Positions 9,828-19,818 of a stretch of DNA of 64,000 nt are shown here, piece after piece. The notes below the pieces were generated by a model. The model was given only the letters and a program-made list of their open reading frames with translations. It did no database searches and was not told the DNA's origin. Both the position numbers and the translations under genes were made by a program. Numbering within the stretch: the stretch's first letter is position 1; each line of letters begins with the position of its first letter. The stretch spans positions 476,644-540,643 of the forward strand of contig CBDFLM010000015.1 in NCBI GenBank assembly GCA_965249195.1, written 5' to 3'. Source of the DNA: Longimicrobiales bacterium (GTDB taxonomy: Bacteria; Gemmatimonadota; Gemmatimonadetes; Longimicrobiales; Gaopeijiaceae).

Positions 9828-10938
9828 GGCCGAGCACCTCGTCGACGTGAAAGGACTGGTAGAACCACGCCAGGTCGCGCTCGTGGAGCCCGTGAGCGAC
9901 ATCGGAGCGCGGGCGCACGCGACCCGCGAGACCCGGTGGCATCGAGCGCGGCGTGAGCAGATTCCAGTACGCGAGTCGGGCACCCGGCCTGGAACGCTCC
10001 ACAAGCGCACGGTACACGCGCTCGTGCTCCGCCGTACTCATGTACTCGAAGATGTCCGACAGGTTGAATCCGTCGAAGCTCCCCGCCGCCTCCTCGACCG
10101 GGCCCCGGTGTATGCGGAGCCGACCGATCCGCTCTCGCACCAGGGGCCGGAACTCCGGGCGCAGGTACCGAGGCAGTGCCCCCGTCCGGTAGCTGCCGGT
10201 CATGATGCAGGTCAGGTAGGGGTTGGTGTCCGTTGGCAGCTCGATGAGGGCGTGGCGCGTGCGCGCGAGGATCCGACCGGCGACCGGACCGTTGACGTGC
10301 TCGAAGAACGCCGGATCCCTTCCGAGACGACCCATGACGGTCCGACTGAAGAACAACCGGAATAGGAGCCGCCACCTCCAGCTGTCCCAGGAACGACGGT
10401 AGAACGTCTCACGATCATCTCGAGATCGTGGCTGCAGCAGCGCCTCCACCGTTCCCGCCGAGTGGATCAGCGGGAGTACGCGGGCACGAAAGGTCCGGAA
10501 ATAGGCTTCGAACCTCCCCGCGCGTGCTGCACCGGCCTGTACGAGCTCCGGCCGGCCGTCCCAGAAGTCACGGGCGAAGCCCGGCAGGGCCGAACGGAGG
10601 CGCCTGTACGTCGCGACTCGGTCCGTAGAGGGGAACACACCGAGGAAGGGCAGCAGGTCGGCGTCGTCGAGCTCGGTGAACGCCGCAATGCGAATCGCCA
10701 CGCACGCGAGCTGTGCCGGGCTCAAGTCGACGGCGACGACCTCTCGCGGATCGAGGGTCAGAAGAGCCAGCGCGTTGTCTCCCGCCGAGGCGATGCTCAG
10801 GAGCCGGCCGTCCTGCGCGACGGGGGCGAGCGCATCGCACAGGACGTCCGCGTCCTCCCACACGCTGCCGTACCGGATCGCCTCGAAGCTGGCGCGTTGC
10901 TGAATGGGTCGGTCGTCCCGAGCTTCAGCCGCCGTCAT
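9820..10938 (-). CDS. DUF3419 / BtaA-like S-adenosylmethionine:diacylglycerol 3-amino-3-carboxypropyl transferase family protein
   Basis: IRYGSVWEDADVL...LSIASAGDNALALL...REVVAVDLSPAQLACVAIRIA matches the BtaA signature YAQCWEDP...ITSAG.NAL...AVDLNP.Q. Start chosen at MTAAEARDD, preceded by a GGAGG RBS and overlapping the HMGR stop by 14 nt. Upstream Mets at 10977 and 11019 are possible alternatives. Confidence 0.7.
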   Translation of the reverse strand: MTAAEARDDRPIQQRASFEAIRYGSVWEDADVLCDALAPVAQDGRLLSIASAGDNALALLTLDPREVVAVDLSPAQLACVAIRIAAFTELDDADLLPFLGVFPSTDRVATYRRLRSALPGFARDFWDGRPELVQAGAARAGRFEAYFRTFRARVLPLIHSAGTVEALLQPRSRDDRETFYRRSWDSWRWRLLFRLFFSRTVMGRLGRDPAFFEHVNGPVAGRILARTRHALIELPTDTNPYLTCIMTGSYRTGALPRYLRPEFRPLVRERIGRLRIHRGPVEEAAGSFDGFNLSDIFEYMSTAEHERVYRALVERSRPGARLAYWNLLTPRSMPPGLAGRVRPRSDVAHGLHERDLAWFYQSFHVDEVLGHG

Positions 10939-12255
10939 CTCCGCCTCCCCTCTCGGGGGTGATCCTCGCTCCGTCATTGCGAGGGCGACCCAACTGCGCG
11001 TGCGCCTGCGCGAACTCACCTGCGCAGATCGCGGCCGCGATCGAGATCTCTCCCGCGAGAGCCAGCGCTGCGGTGATCTCGGCGAGCTTCGCCGAGCCGC
11101 CGTCTCCGAGGCACCCCAGGATGCGCAGCGACTCGCTTGCGGTGGGAAGGCGCGTCCCGCCGCCGACGCTACCCACGATGAGGTTGGGCAGGGTCACGCA
11201 GCCGTACAGGTCACCGGCCTCGGTGACCTCCATCCGGCTGAGCGCGGTGCTCGCTTCACTGACGCAGGCCACGTCCTGTCCGCAGGCGAGGAAGACTGCG
11301 GTCACGGCGTTCGCAACATGGCCGCTCACACCGATGGACCCGGTCTGCACACCGCCGATCACGCTCATTCGCCAGTACTCGGCGATGCGGTCGGGGGTCG
11401 TTCGGAGGCGGCCCTCGACCAGTGTGCGAGGCAGCAGCACCTCAGCCGTCGCGTGACGGCCGCGGGTATCGAAGAAGCTGAGCGCCGTGCCCTTCTTGTC
11501 CCCCGACATGTTCGACTCGATGACCCAGTAGCGGGGGGTGACCGGCGTGCGCCGCATGACGTCTTCGCACACCGCGGCGGTCGCGAACGTCACCATGTTC
11601 TGGCCCGCGGCGTCGCCCGGATGGAAGTCCAGAATCAGGTAGATGAGGTTCGCCTGGTGCTGGACGCGCATGTTCACGAGCCGACCGTGCCGGGTTCGGC
11701 TCTCGGCGACCTCACGCACTCGATCGAACTCGCCCACGATCCAGGCGGCGAACCGGATCGCTTCGGCCATCGTGTCGAACGCGAAGCCCGGCGCTCTCTG
11801 GACCTGCTCCACCGTCGTCAGGCATGCGGCCCCCCCCCCGCGAGGGTGACGATGCGTGCCCCACGTGAGTAACTCGCGACCAACGCCCCTTCCGACGTGG
11901 CGAGCGGAACGTAGAAGTCTCCGTGGGCGTGCAGGCCGTTCACCCGCAGGGGCCCGACGATCCCGGTCGGGACGCTCGTCATGCCGATGAAGTTCTCGAT
12001 GTTTCCCTCGAGCCCCGCCGCTGTGGGCGGATCGCCCCGGCCACCCAAATGGGGCAGAGGTCCGGCCATCGCCTCGAGGAACCGCAGTCGTTCAGCCGTG
12101 GCCGCCTCGGTGGTGTCTCCGCGTCCGGGGACCGAGGCAGGGATCGGCCGCTCGTCCGCCGGTGTGGGAGCGAGTGTGTCCTGCAGCTTCGCGACGTCGT
12201 TGCCCTTGCTCAGGCGTCGGGCGATCTTGACTGCGCGCTGGTATGGAATGGGCAT
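10925..12255 (-). CDS. Hydroxymethylglutaryl-CoA reductase (NADPH), class I catalytic domain, frameshifted at a G10 tract
   Basis: N-terminal part in frame 11818..12459: start at [15 protein letters not shown], then [21 protein letters not shown]...[28 protein letters not shown]-terminal part in frame 10925..11812: [11 protein letters not shown]...[12 protein letters not shown]...[14 protein letters not shown]. The junction is the homopolymer 11830-11839. Confidence 0.8.
11830..11839. repeat. C10/G10 homopolymer at the HMGR frameshift
   Basis: gcggc-CCCCCCCCCC-gcgag. A run of 11 (or 8) would restore ...[17 protein letters not shown]. Confidence 0.9.
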
Positions 12256-12269
12256 GGGTCGGGGCCGGT

Positions 12270-13553
12270 TCAGGGAATGGGGCTGCGAGAGGGTGTCGCG
12301 ACGGGCCGCAGCCGGAGCGGCATACCGCCTCGGGGTCGTAGGGCGATTCGGGGCTCGAGCGCGGGGCGGAACCCGGGGGCGACCTCGAAACGGACCCGCT
12401 GGCAGAGCGTGGACAGGATCAGCTGCGCTTCGGCGAGGGCGAACGATCCTCCCGGGCACATGCGCTGCCCCGCGCCGAACGGCAGGTACACGCCCCTCGG
12501 CGGGGCGTCCGCGCGGTCGGCAGCGAACCGGGAGGGATCGAACACGTCCGGCTCAGGCCAGTGTCTCGCGTCGCGGTGGAGCAGGAACGGAGACACGGTC
12601 ACGACGGAGCCGGCCGGGACGTCGTAGCTGCCGATGCGATCGGGGCCGGTCGCCCACCGGCTGAACCGCCACACCGCGGGATAGAGCCGGAGCGCCTCCT
12701 TGAACACTTCGGCCGCCGTCGACAACCGAGGGAGGTCGTCGAAGTTCGGAGCGCGGTTGCCGCAGACACGCTCGGCCTCCTCCCGGATGCGATCGTGATG
12801 CTCCGGGTGGAGCGCGAGGAGGTAGAACGTCCACGCCAGTGTGGTCGCGACCGTCTCGTGTCCCGCGACGAACATGGTCATCACTTCGTCGCGGAGATCC
12901 TCGTCGGAAAGCGTCGGGCCGCCGCTTCCGCCGGACCTCGAAGCACGCAACAGAACACTCACGAGGTCGCGCGCGCCGTCCTCGCCCGCCCCCTCGCTCC
13001 GCCGACGGGCGACGACGTCGTAGATCACGTCGTTCAGTACCGTGATGGCGTCGTCGAACCGCTTGCGAGCCGGGGTCGGGAGCGAGGACGCGACGCGCAG
13101 GATCCAACGGAGGCGGTTTCCGCCCGGGAGCAGCTCCAGATACCGGAGCCGTGAAACGGAGAGTCGCTCCACGTGGTCGAAGACGACCTCGGCCGCTCCG
13201 TGGATGTCGCCCTCGCTGAGCTCGAGGTCCGAGCCGAGGACTGTCCGCGTGATGTTGCGGAGCGTGAGCTCGCTCATGCGTTGGTACATGTCCACCGTGC
13301 CGTTCTCGAGCGCGGCTCGAGCTAGCTCCTCGGCCTCGTCGGCCGCGGTCTCGGCCATGACCCGTGCGAACACCGCCAGGCGCTCCTTTCGCAGCACGGG
13401 TTGCACCAGCTTGCGGTGGGTCCGCCAGTGATCCCCCTCGCTCGTCACCAGTCCACGCCCGAGAAATCTCGAGAGCAGCTCGTATCCGGGCCCCTTCGTG
13501 TAGTTCGCCGCGTTCTCGACCAACACGTGCCAGACCGCGTCCGGATCGCTCAC
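12270..13553 (-). CDS. Cytochrome P450
   Basis: 427 aa. Heme-binding loop [20 protein letters not shown] (FxxGxRxCxG), I-helix AGHETVA and the ExxR motif. Confidence 0.85.
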   Translation of the reverse strand: MSDPDAVWHVLVENAANYTKGPGYELLSRFLGRGLVTSEGDHWRTHRKLVQPVLRKERLAVFARVMAETAADEAEELARAALENGTVDMYQRMSELTLRNITRTVLGSDLELSEGDIHGAAEVVFDHVERLSVSRLRYLELLPGGNRLRWILRVASSLPTPARKRFDDAITVLNDVIYDVVARRRSEGAGEDGARDLVSVLLRASRSGGSGGPTLSDEDLRDEVMTMFVAGHETVATTLAWTFYLLALHPEHHDRIREEAERVCGNRAPNFDDLPRLSTAAEVFKEALRLYPAVWRFSRWATGPDRIGSYDVPAGSVVTVSPFLLHRDARHWPEPDVFDPSRFAADRADAPPRGVYLPFGAGQRMCPGGSFALAEAQLILSTLCQRVRFEVAPGFRPALEPRIALRPRGGMPLRLRPVATPSRSPIP

Positions 13554-13704
13554 CAGGAACTGGCTCAGCCCCCCATCTTCACGTGGACCACGTCCCCATA
13601 CGCATTCTGGAGCCGACGCTGCATGGCCGCCGGGTCCTGGCGCCTGCTCAGCACCGTGCGCACGAAGTCGGCGCCGCGGGGTCCGGGTGCTCGGGAGGAA
13701 CGGG

Positions 13705-14793
13705 TCACGGCGCGACGTCCCGACGCAGGAGCTCGTATCGGCGGACCCAGCGGTCGACCGAGGGCATCCTGTGGGGATCGAGAAGGAAGGCGCTCTTGTT
13801 TCCCACCCGCACGAGTGCCGAGACGAACCTGTGATACCCGTCGCCGATGGCCGCGCGGGCGACCGAGTGCAGCAACGCCGACGACACCCACCTGCCCCGG
13901 GCCGCGGCAGCGACCGCGATCGTCTTGACCACGACCCAACCCCGGTCGGGGAAGGCGAAGACGAAGCCAGTGAGGCGGCCCCGTTCGTCTCTGGCCAAGA
14001 AGGTCAGGTGGCCATCGGCCGCAGCGAGCACTTGGTGGTACAGCCGGTTGAAGAGGTCCTGCGGAAGCGGCTCGAAGAGCGGGTTCTCCCCGAACGCCTC
14101 CATACACATCGGATGGAGCTCCTGCAGCACGCCATCGAAGTCGGAGATGCCCCTGAGCCGCTCGAATCGGAACCCCGAATCCGAAGCGATCTCGAAGCCC
14201 CGACGGGTATGCTCGAAGAAATCTTGGACCGTGTATGCACCGGAACTCGGAAAGTCGAATCCGATCGTCTCGAACGTTTCCGCCGTCTCGAAGCCCAGTC
14301 CACGGAAGCGCTCCGGATACTCTTCCGGCTGGTCCGGCTCCCAGCCGAACGACCGAGGGGCGGAGGACGCGGCGCCGTCCGCGACGACGAAGCGGTAGGT
14401 GAACCAGGTGTTGACGTCGACCGGCGCATACAGCTCTTCCATGCCTTGCTCGGCTGCCCACCCCAGCACGGCTGCCACGATCTCCTCCGTCGCGGCGTCG
14501 CCCAGCGGGCCGCCCTCAGCCTCGTAGAGCCCGAGCATTCCCACGCGCTGGAGCCGCCCACCGCGAAAGGCGGCCGCACGCGCGACGTCGCCGTCCGGTC
14601 CCTCCACGACGAGGAGGAGGGCCGAAGACCGCAGGCCGACGCGGAGAACGGTCGCCAGATACGCGGAGGATTCCCGCCGGTCAGGGGCCCACGCCCGTCG
14701 TAGAGCGGCGCCGGTCCGCTCGAACCGGGCGAGGAAGTCGGTGGGTGGCACGATGCCGGGGGTCGAGGCCCAACGAGCGACGGTGAGGCTCAT
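13705..14793 (-). CDS. Tandem GNAT-fold acyltransferase-like protein (OlsB / MshD-like architecture)
   Basis: 362 aa. Two GNAT-like halves; the C-terminal half has the acyl-CoA motif VAAAARGRWVSSALL. Its start overlaps the upstream PEP-enzyme stop as ATGA. Confidence 0.4.
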   Translation of the reverse strand: MSLTVARWASTPGIVPPTDFLARFERTGAALRRAWAPDRRESSAYLATVLRVGLRSSALLLVVEGPDGDVARAAAFRGGRLQRVGMLGLYEAEGGPLGDAATEEIVAAVLGWAAEQGMEELYAPVDVNTWFTYRFVVADGAASSAPRSFGWEPDQPEEYPERFRGLGFETAETFETIGFDFPSSGAYTVQDFFEHTRRGFEIASDSGFRFERLRGISDFDGVLQELHPMCMEAFGENPLFEPLPQDLFNRLYHQVLAAADGHLTFLARDERGRLTGFVFAFPDRGWVVVKTIAVAAAARGRWVSSALLHSVARAAIGDGYHRFVSALVRVGNKSAFLLDPHRMPSVDRWVRRYELLRRDVAP

Positions 14794-17488
14794 AGGATCC
14801 TCACCTCGCCCTTGCCGGCGTCCATGCGCACACGCTGACCGTTCCGCAGGCGTTCGAGCGGCGAGCCGCCGACCCCGACGATCGTCGGGATACCGAGCTC
14901 CCGAGCGACGACGGCCGAGTGCGAGAGTACGCTGCCCCGCTCGATGATCAGACCGGAGCAGGCCGGGAAGGCGGGGACCCAGCCGGGATCGGTCCGTTCC
15001 GTCACCAGAATCTCACCGTCGAGGCCCTCGGTGTCTTCGAAGCCATGCGCGAGGCGCACCGGACCCTCGATCACGCCAGGGCAGCAGGAGGTGCCTCGCA
15101 GCACGTCGGGGTCCTCGTCGCCGAGTTCGGCCAGGAGGTCGAGGCTCCGCAGCAACGTGGGATGGCGCAGCGTGGCGCCGGCCGCCCCCCGAGTGACGAA
15201 CCGATCCGGAGGGGGGTCCGTGCTCCGGTACTCGTCGAACTCTCGCCGACGCACCTGTGCTAGACCGCCCAGATCGAGGGTGATCGGTCGCCCCTCGACG
15301 AAGGCCAGGATCTCCTCGACCGTCAGGTAGAACACGTCGTGCTCGTCGCTCAGCGCACCGAGCCGCTCCAGGTTTCGACCCACGCCTCGGAAGAGGCGCC
15401 TTACGACGCCAAACGTCCTCGTACGTTCGAATCGCAGCCGCTCCCGATCGCTTACCGCGCGGCGCGCCCAACGCAGGACCGCGAAGTAGATCGGGCGACG
15501 GAGCCCACCCAGGCGGGCACGCACCTGCTCCTCGGCGCCCTCACGAATCGCGGTCTTACGCGCGTTGATCTCCTCCGAAGACGGCACGCCGTTGCGCACG
15601 TACCCCTGCACGCTTGCGACGACCAAGTGCGGTCGATCGTGGAAGTCGAGGGTCTCCAGCTTGAGCTCGTCCACGCAGCGGCAGCCGTACTCCTCGATGT
15701 AGCGCGCCAGATGTGGCCTCAAGTCGGGAGCGAACCCTTCCTGCAGGGCCGCCCACAGGTCCACCGGGTCACCCGTGACGAAGCGCTCGCGAACGGACGG
15801 ATCGCCCTCGACGTGTCGCGCGATCTCGAGCAGAAGACGCATCGGCTCGGTGCTCTTCAGCTCGCCGTGCCCGCAGAGGAGGTCGTTTTGCAGCGACGCC
15901 GCGCCGTCGTCCGGTCCACGTCCCACCCAACTCTCGGTCAGGCTCGCGAGCATCCCGAACGCGATCATGCACCGGGTGTCGTTCACGATCGGAGCGGTCC
16001 AGTGGCGAAGGACCCGGTCCTCCAGGTGGTGGTACAGCGCGACCTGCTCGGTGAGGCTCAGCCTCCCGAGATCCTGCGTCTCGAGGGGACGGCACACGCG
16101 TTCCACCCGCTCCAGGAACCTTTCGTTGGCTCGTACGCCTCCGAACATGCGGGTGCCCAGCCGGAGCAGGAGCGCCATGCGACGCACGGCGCCGTGCCGG
16201 GGCGCCTCGGCGACCACGGAGTCGAAGAGCGGCTGCAGATCGCCCTCCAGCGACTGCTTCACGCCCATCATCGTTTCCATGAACGCGCCGCTCTTGCCGA
16301 CCAGTGGGAACAGCGCCAGCAGGCGATACCAGTTGAGCAGGTTGTAGTACACGCGTCCGCGGACGAGGCCGAGCATGTTGCGGAACATTCACTCGCGCTC
16401 GTGGACGAGGGCGTCGGGGACCCCCATGATCCTGCACGTCTGGAAGTAGACCTCCCGGTACGCCCTGCTCACGTGTGAGAACGTGAGGGGCGTTGTGACG
16501 CCCGCGTAGCTCTCGATGATGTTCGAGTTGTCCCAGATCACCGCGTTCCCGCCGGCGACGCGTTCGTCGAAGAGCGAGTCCGGAGGCAGCGTGGTAATGG
16601 GGCGGGTCTGAAGCGAATAGAGCCGTCCGCCCGAAAAAGCCCACTCGAAGTCCTGGGGCGACCCGAGCTCGCGCTCGAGCCTCAACGACATACGGGCGAC
16701 CTCCCGCACCTGGTCGTTCGTGAGCGAAGGCCGCCTCGAACGGTCGGCTTCGACGGGAACTAGGTGGGTCCCGCCGTTCGGGCCGCGCACGATGGCGCGC
16801 GACTTCTCGGCAATCGTCGTCACGAAATCCAAGGTGGTGCGGTCCACGACGAAGCGGTCGGACTCCAGCTCGCCTCCGACGATGCCTTCGCCCTGGCCCC
16901 ACACGCTTTCCACGACCAGCCCGTCTCGATCGCCCGGGTCGAGCGGGTTCCGCGAGAATGAGACCCCCGCCGAATCCGAATCGACCATACGCTGCACGAT
17001 CACGCCCATACGGGGCACCGTGTCCGCGGCGCCGATCGCGCGACGGTAGGCCACGTTCCGCTCGGAGAAGGCCGACGCCCAGCACCGTCCGATCGCGTCC
17101 AACACCGTGTCCGCGCCCCGCCGGTAGAGGTAGGTCTCGAACTGGCCGGCGAACGAGTGCTCCGTGCCGTCTTCATCCAGACCGCTGGAGCGCACCGCGA
17201 CGTACGCATCGTCGAGCTCGAGCCGGGAGAGCGCGCCACGGACCGCGCTCGCGACCTCCGAAGGCACCCGCAGCGTGAGGGTTCCCGCCGACTGGGCGTC
17301 GGCGGACGAGCCACCCGCGCGACGTACCGCTTCCGCGAGAGAGCGTCGAACGCTTCGACGGCGATGCAGAACCACGGGGGCACGGTGCATCCGATCTTTT
17401 CCAGGGCCGCGAGTCGAGCGGCCTTGCCCCCGGCTCTCACGGATAGGGTGTTGGCAGGCGAGTGCGGGCCGAGGGGCTCGATGCTCAT
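14790..17488 (-). CDS. PEP-utilizing enzyme (PpsA / rifampin-phosphotransferase-like: PPDK_N ATP-grasp plus C-terminal phosphohistidine swivel domain), disrupted by a frameshift near 17333-17344 and an in-frame TGA at 16389-16391
   Basis: True N-terminus MSIEPLGPHSPANTLSVRAGGKAARLAALEKIGCTVPPWFCIAVEAF sits in the 17000..18388 frame. The gene continues in frame 16389..17543 (...AVRSSGLDEDGTEHSFAGQFETY...GVIVQRMVDSDSAGVSFSRNPL...) and ends ...VHERE-TGA-ATG-FRNMLGLVRGRVYYNLLNWYRLL. It then runs to 14790, where the swivel domain GVIEGPVRLAHGFEDTEGLDGEILVTERTDPGWVPAFPACSGLIIERGSVLSHSAVVARELGIPTIVGV is found. The start overlaps the UbiA stop as ATGA. Confidence 0.7.
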
Positions 17489-18381
17489 GCTCCCACCCCC
17501 GTCCACTGCGCCAAGGTCGGAGCGAGGACCTGGGTGAACGCAAAGAGCGCGGCGAGCCCCTCGACCGTCTTGAAGCGCTCGGGGTGCCGCGCGACGTGGA
17601 CGATACCGCAGAGAAGCGCGGCGCCCGCAGGCCACACGAAGACGTGCACGCCGACCTGGAACGCGGAGACGGCAGCTAAAACGACGGCGAGGGTCACCGC
17701 GGTGAACGTCCACCCCGGACCCGACACCGTGAGGTACGTGCCGAGGGCGGGATGAGCGTCCGGGTCGAGCTTGCGGCACAACTCGAGGGCGAAGGCCGCC
17801 CCCAACCCCGTCAAAGCGAACCAGAGGACCGGCGCGGTGAAGGTCGAGGTCGGCACGGCGGCCGCGGTCGCGAACGCGTAGATCGGGACGATGATGACCT
17901 GGTGCGTGACGGCGTACAGGAACGGTCTGCCACCCAGGCAAGTCGGCGCGAAGAACTCGCGGTACATGAGTAGGGCGTAGAGCACGCACAGACCGAAGAG
18001 GGCGCCTGGCAGGACACCGACACCGATCGCGATCGCGGCGGCACCGAGCAGGAGCCCAGTCACGCAGAGCCACAGCCCGGTGCGCGCCCCTCGCTCGCTC
18101 AACAGGCCACGAGGGAGGGGACGCTCGGGGTGGGCTGCGCGATTCTTGTCGAGGTCCTTCAGCTCGTCCATCAGCCGCATCGCCGACAGCAGGCCGGCGA
18201 TCCCGAGGACCGCGATCACGAGGCCCCCCACGTCCAGGCGCGCCCTCACCACGTACTGGGCCGCCGCCTGCGCCGTACCGAACACGAGCAGCGCGGGGAG
18301 CTGGAACCGCTCCCGGACGAAAACGCTCCACGCAGCGAGGAGCGAGCCTGGCGCCCGAGCGGCATGGGACATCTCGCTCAT
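17485..18381 (-). CDS. UbiA-family aromatic / polyprenyl prenyltransferase (integral membrane)
   Basis: 298 aa from MSEMSHAARAPGS. Asp-rich motif LMDELKDLDKNRAAHPERPLPRGLLS (NDxxDxxxD, RPLPSG) plus 8-9 TM helices. The track ORF 17485..19563 upstream of this Met is Arg-rich junk. ATGA overlap with the AMP-ligase stop. Confidence 0.8.
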   Translation of the reverse strand: MSEMSHAARAPGSLLAAWSVFVRERFQLPALLVFGTAQAAAQYVVRARLDVGGLVIAVLGIAGLLSAMRLMDELKDLDKNRAAHPERPLPRGLLSERGARTGLWLCVTGLLLGAAAIAIGVGVLPGALFGLCVLYALLMYREFFAPTCLGGRPFLYAVTHQVIIVPIYAFATAAAVPTSTFTAPVLWFALTGLGAAFALELCRKLDPDAHPALGTYLTVSGPGWTFTAVTLAVVLAAVSAFQVGVHVFVWPAGAALLCGIVHVARHPERFKTVEGLAALFAFTQVLAPTLAQWTGVGA

Positions 18382-19818
18382 CGTCCAATACCTTCCTTGG
18401 ACAGCGTCGCGGAGCGGTCGATCCGGGCGCGGTGCCGCCGATCGCGCACGATCGAGACGTCCACGGCGCCCTCGATCTCCGGAAAGCGGCTCGAGAAGTG
18501 CCAGCCCGCTGCGGCGACGCGGCGCTGGACCGCCTCGCCGTAGAGGATCAGGCGACCGTCCTGACCGCGACGGACGAAGCACGCGCTCGTGCGGAGCTCG
18601 GAATAGAGCCGCTGCTCGAGGTCGAACTCGCCCGCGGCCTGTGACGCCCGACCGGCGTACCACCACCCTTCGTCGTCGGCGATGACACGATCCCCCATGC
18701 TGTGCCAGCGGCGGCCTTCGGTGTCGTAGCGGCTCCCCCCGTTCGCCTGGGCGGATCCTTCGTCCAGTCGGGTGGCGACGTTGTCTCCGCTGACCCAGAG
18801 TCCGTCCGGCTCGGGGCGTGCGGAGATCACGGGGACGGGCACACCGATGAAGAGCGCCTGGAACAGGTTGCGGGCCTGGCTGCGCTCGACGGCTTCGCGG
18901 GCGTCGACCTTCGCGACGGGCTCCGCCTCCGGCCCGCCGTAGACGTGTGTCCACCCGGCGTCTGGCCAGCGCCGGAAGCAGCGCTCGAGGATCCGGCAAT
19001 CGGTCTGTGCTCCTCCTACCACGACCGATCGCAGACCGCTCAGGTGCTCGCGCGTCTGGTCGAACCTCAGCAAACTCAGGAGGAACGCTGGACCCGTGGT
19101 GAGCGTGGCCACCCGGAGCCGCTCCGAGAGGGCCGCGATCCCGCGCAGCTCGGCGCGACCCCAGCGCTTGGGGACGAGCAAAGCGCCTCGGCCCGTGCCG
19201 AGGTGGAGGAGAGCGAGGTTGGGGAAGACGCAGAGGGCGGGCTCGTCGAACCGATCGAGCGGATCGCCAGCGGTGATCGCCTCGTGTAGGCTCCACATGC
19301 ACTTGTGGCTGCGGACGATGCCCTTGGGAGGGCCGGTGGTTCCAGAGGAGAACGTGATGGTGGCCGTGGCATCCGGATCCACCTCTTGGCAATCGAACGT
19401 CCGCGACCCAGCGAAGCGCACGGCGCGGCCGATGTGGATCCATCGCCGAATCCGCCGCGCGGCCGGGACCCGCGCCGCCCAGAGCTGCGCGAGGCGTGAG
19501 CCGATGAAGGCCCTGGGAGCCACCCGGTCGAGCACGTTCTGCACCTCGCGCAGCGGGAGCCACGGCTCCACGAAAACGATGATCACGCCGAGCCCGAGGA
19601 GGGCGAGGATGGTCGCGTAGAGGAGTGGGTCAGGAGGGGACAGCACCAATACCGTGTCGCCCGCCGACAGGCCTTCGCGCTTCGCGAGCGCTTGTGCCCC
19701 CCCCCCCGGCCAATCGGCCGATTTCGCCGAAGGACACCCGGCCGTCCTTGAGCGTCCAAAGCGCCGGGCGGTGCGGTCGTTCCCGCAGGTGCGGCAATAC
19801 CCGGGTCGCGCAGTTCAT
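18378..19818 (-). CDS. AMP-dependent synthetase / ligase (acyl-CoA synthetase / fatty-acyl-AMP ligase family), frameshifted at a G11 tract
   Basis: N-terminus MNCATRVLPHLRERPHRPALWTLKDGRVSFGEIGRLAGGGG in frame 19630..19818. It continues ...AQALAKREGLSAGDTVLVLSPPDPLLYATILALLGLG in frame 18378..19649, with AMP-binding motif TFSSGTTGPPKG. The junction is the homopolymer 19697-19707. Confidence 0.75.
19697..19707. repeat. C11/G11 homopolymer at the AMP-ligase frameshift
   Basis: ttgtg-CCCCCCCCCCC-ggcc read directly. Confidence 0.9.

Noticed and set aside
16389-16391. TGA recoding (selenocysteine or TGA = Trp / Gly) as the explanation for the in-frame stop in the PEP-utilizing enzyme
   Set aside because: TGA is the terminator of many neighbouring, well-delimited genes (the ATGA overlaps), and no selenoprotein context or SECIS-like hairpin is evident.
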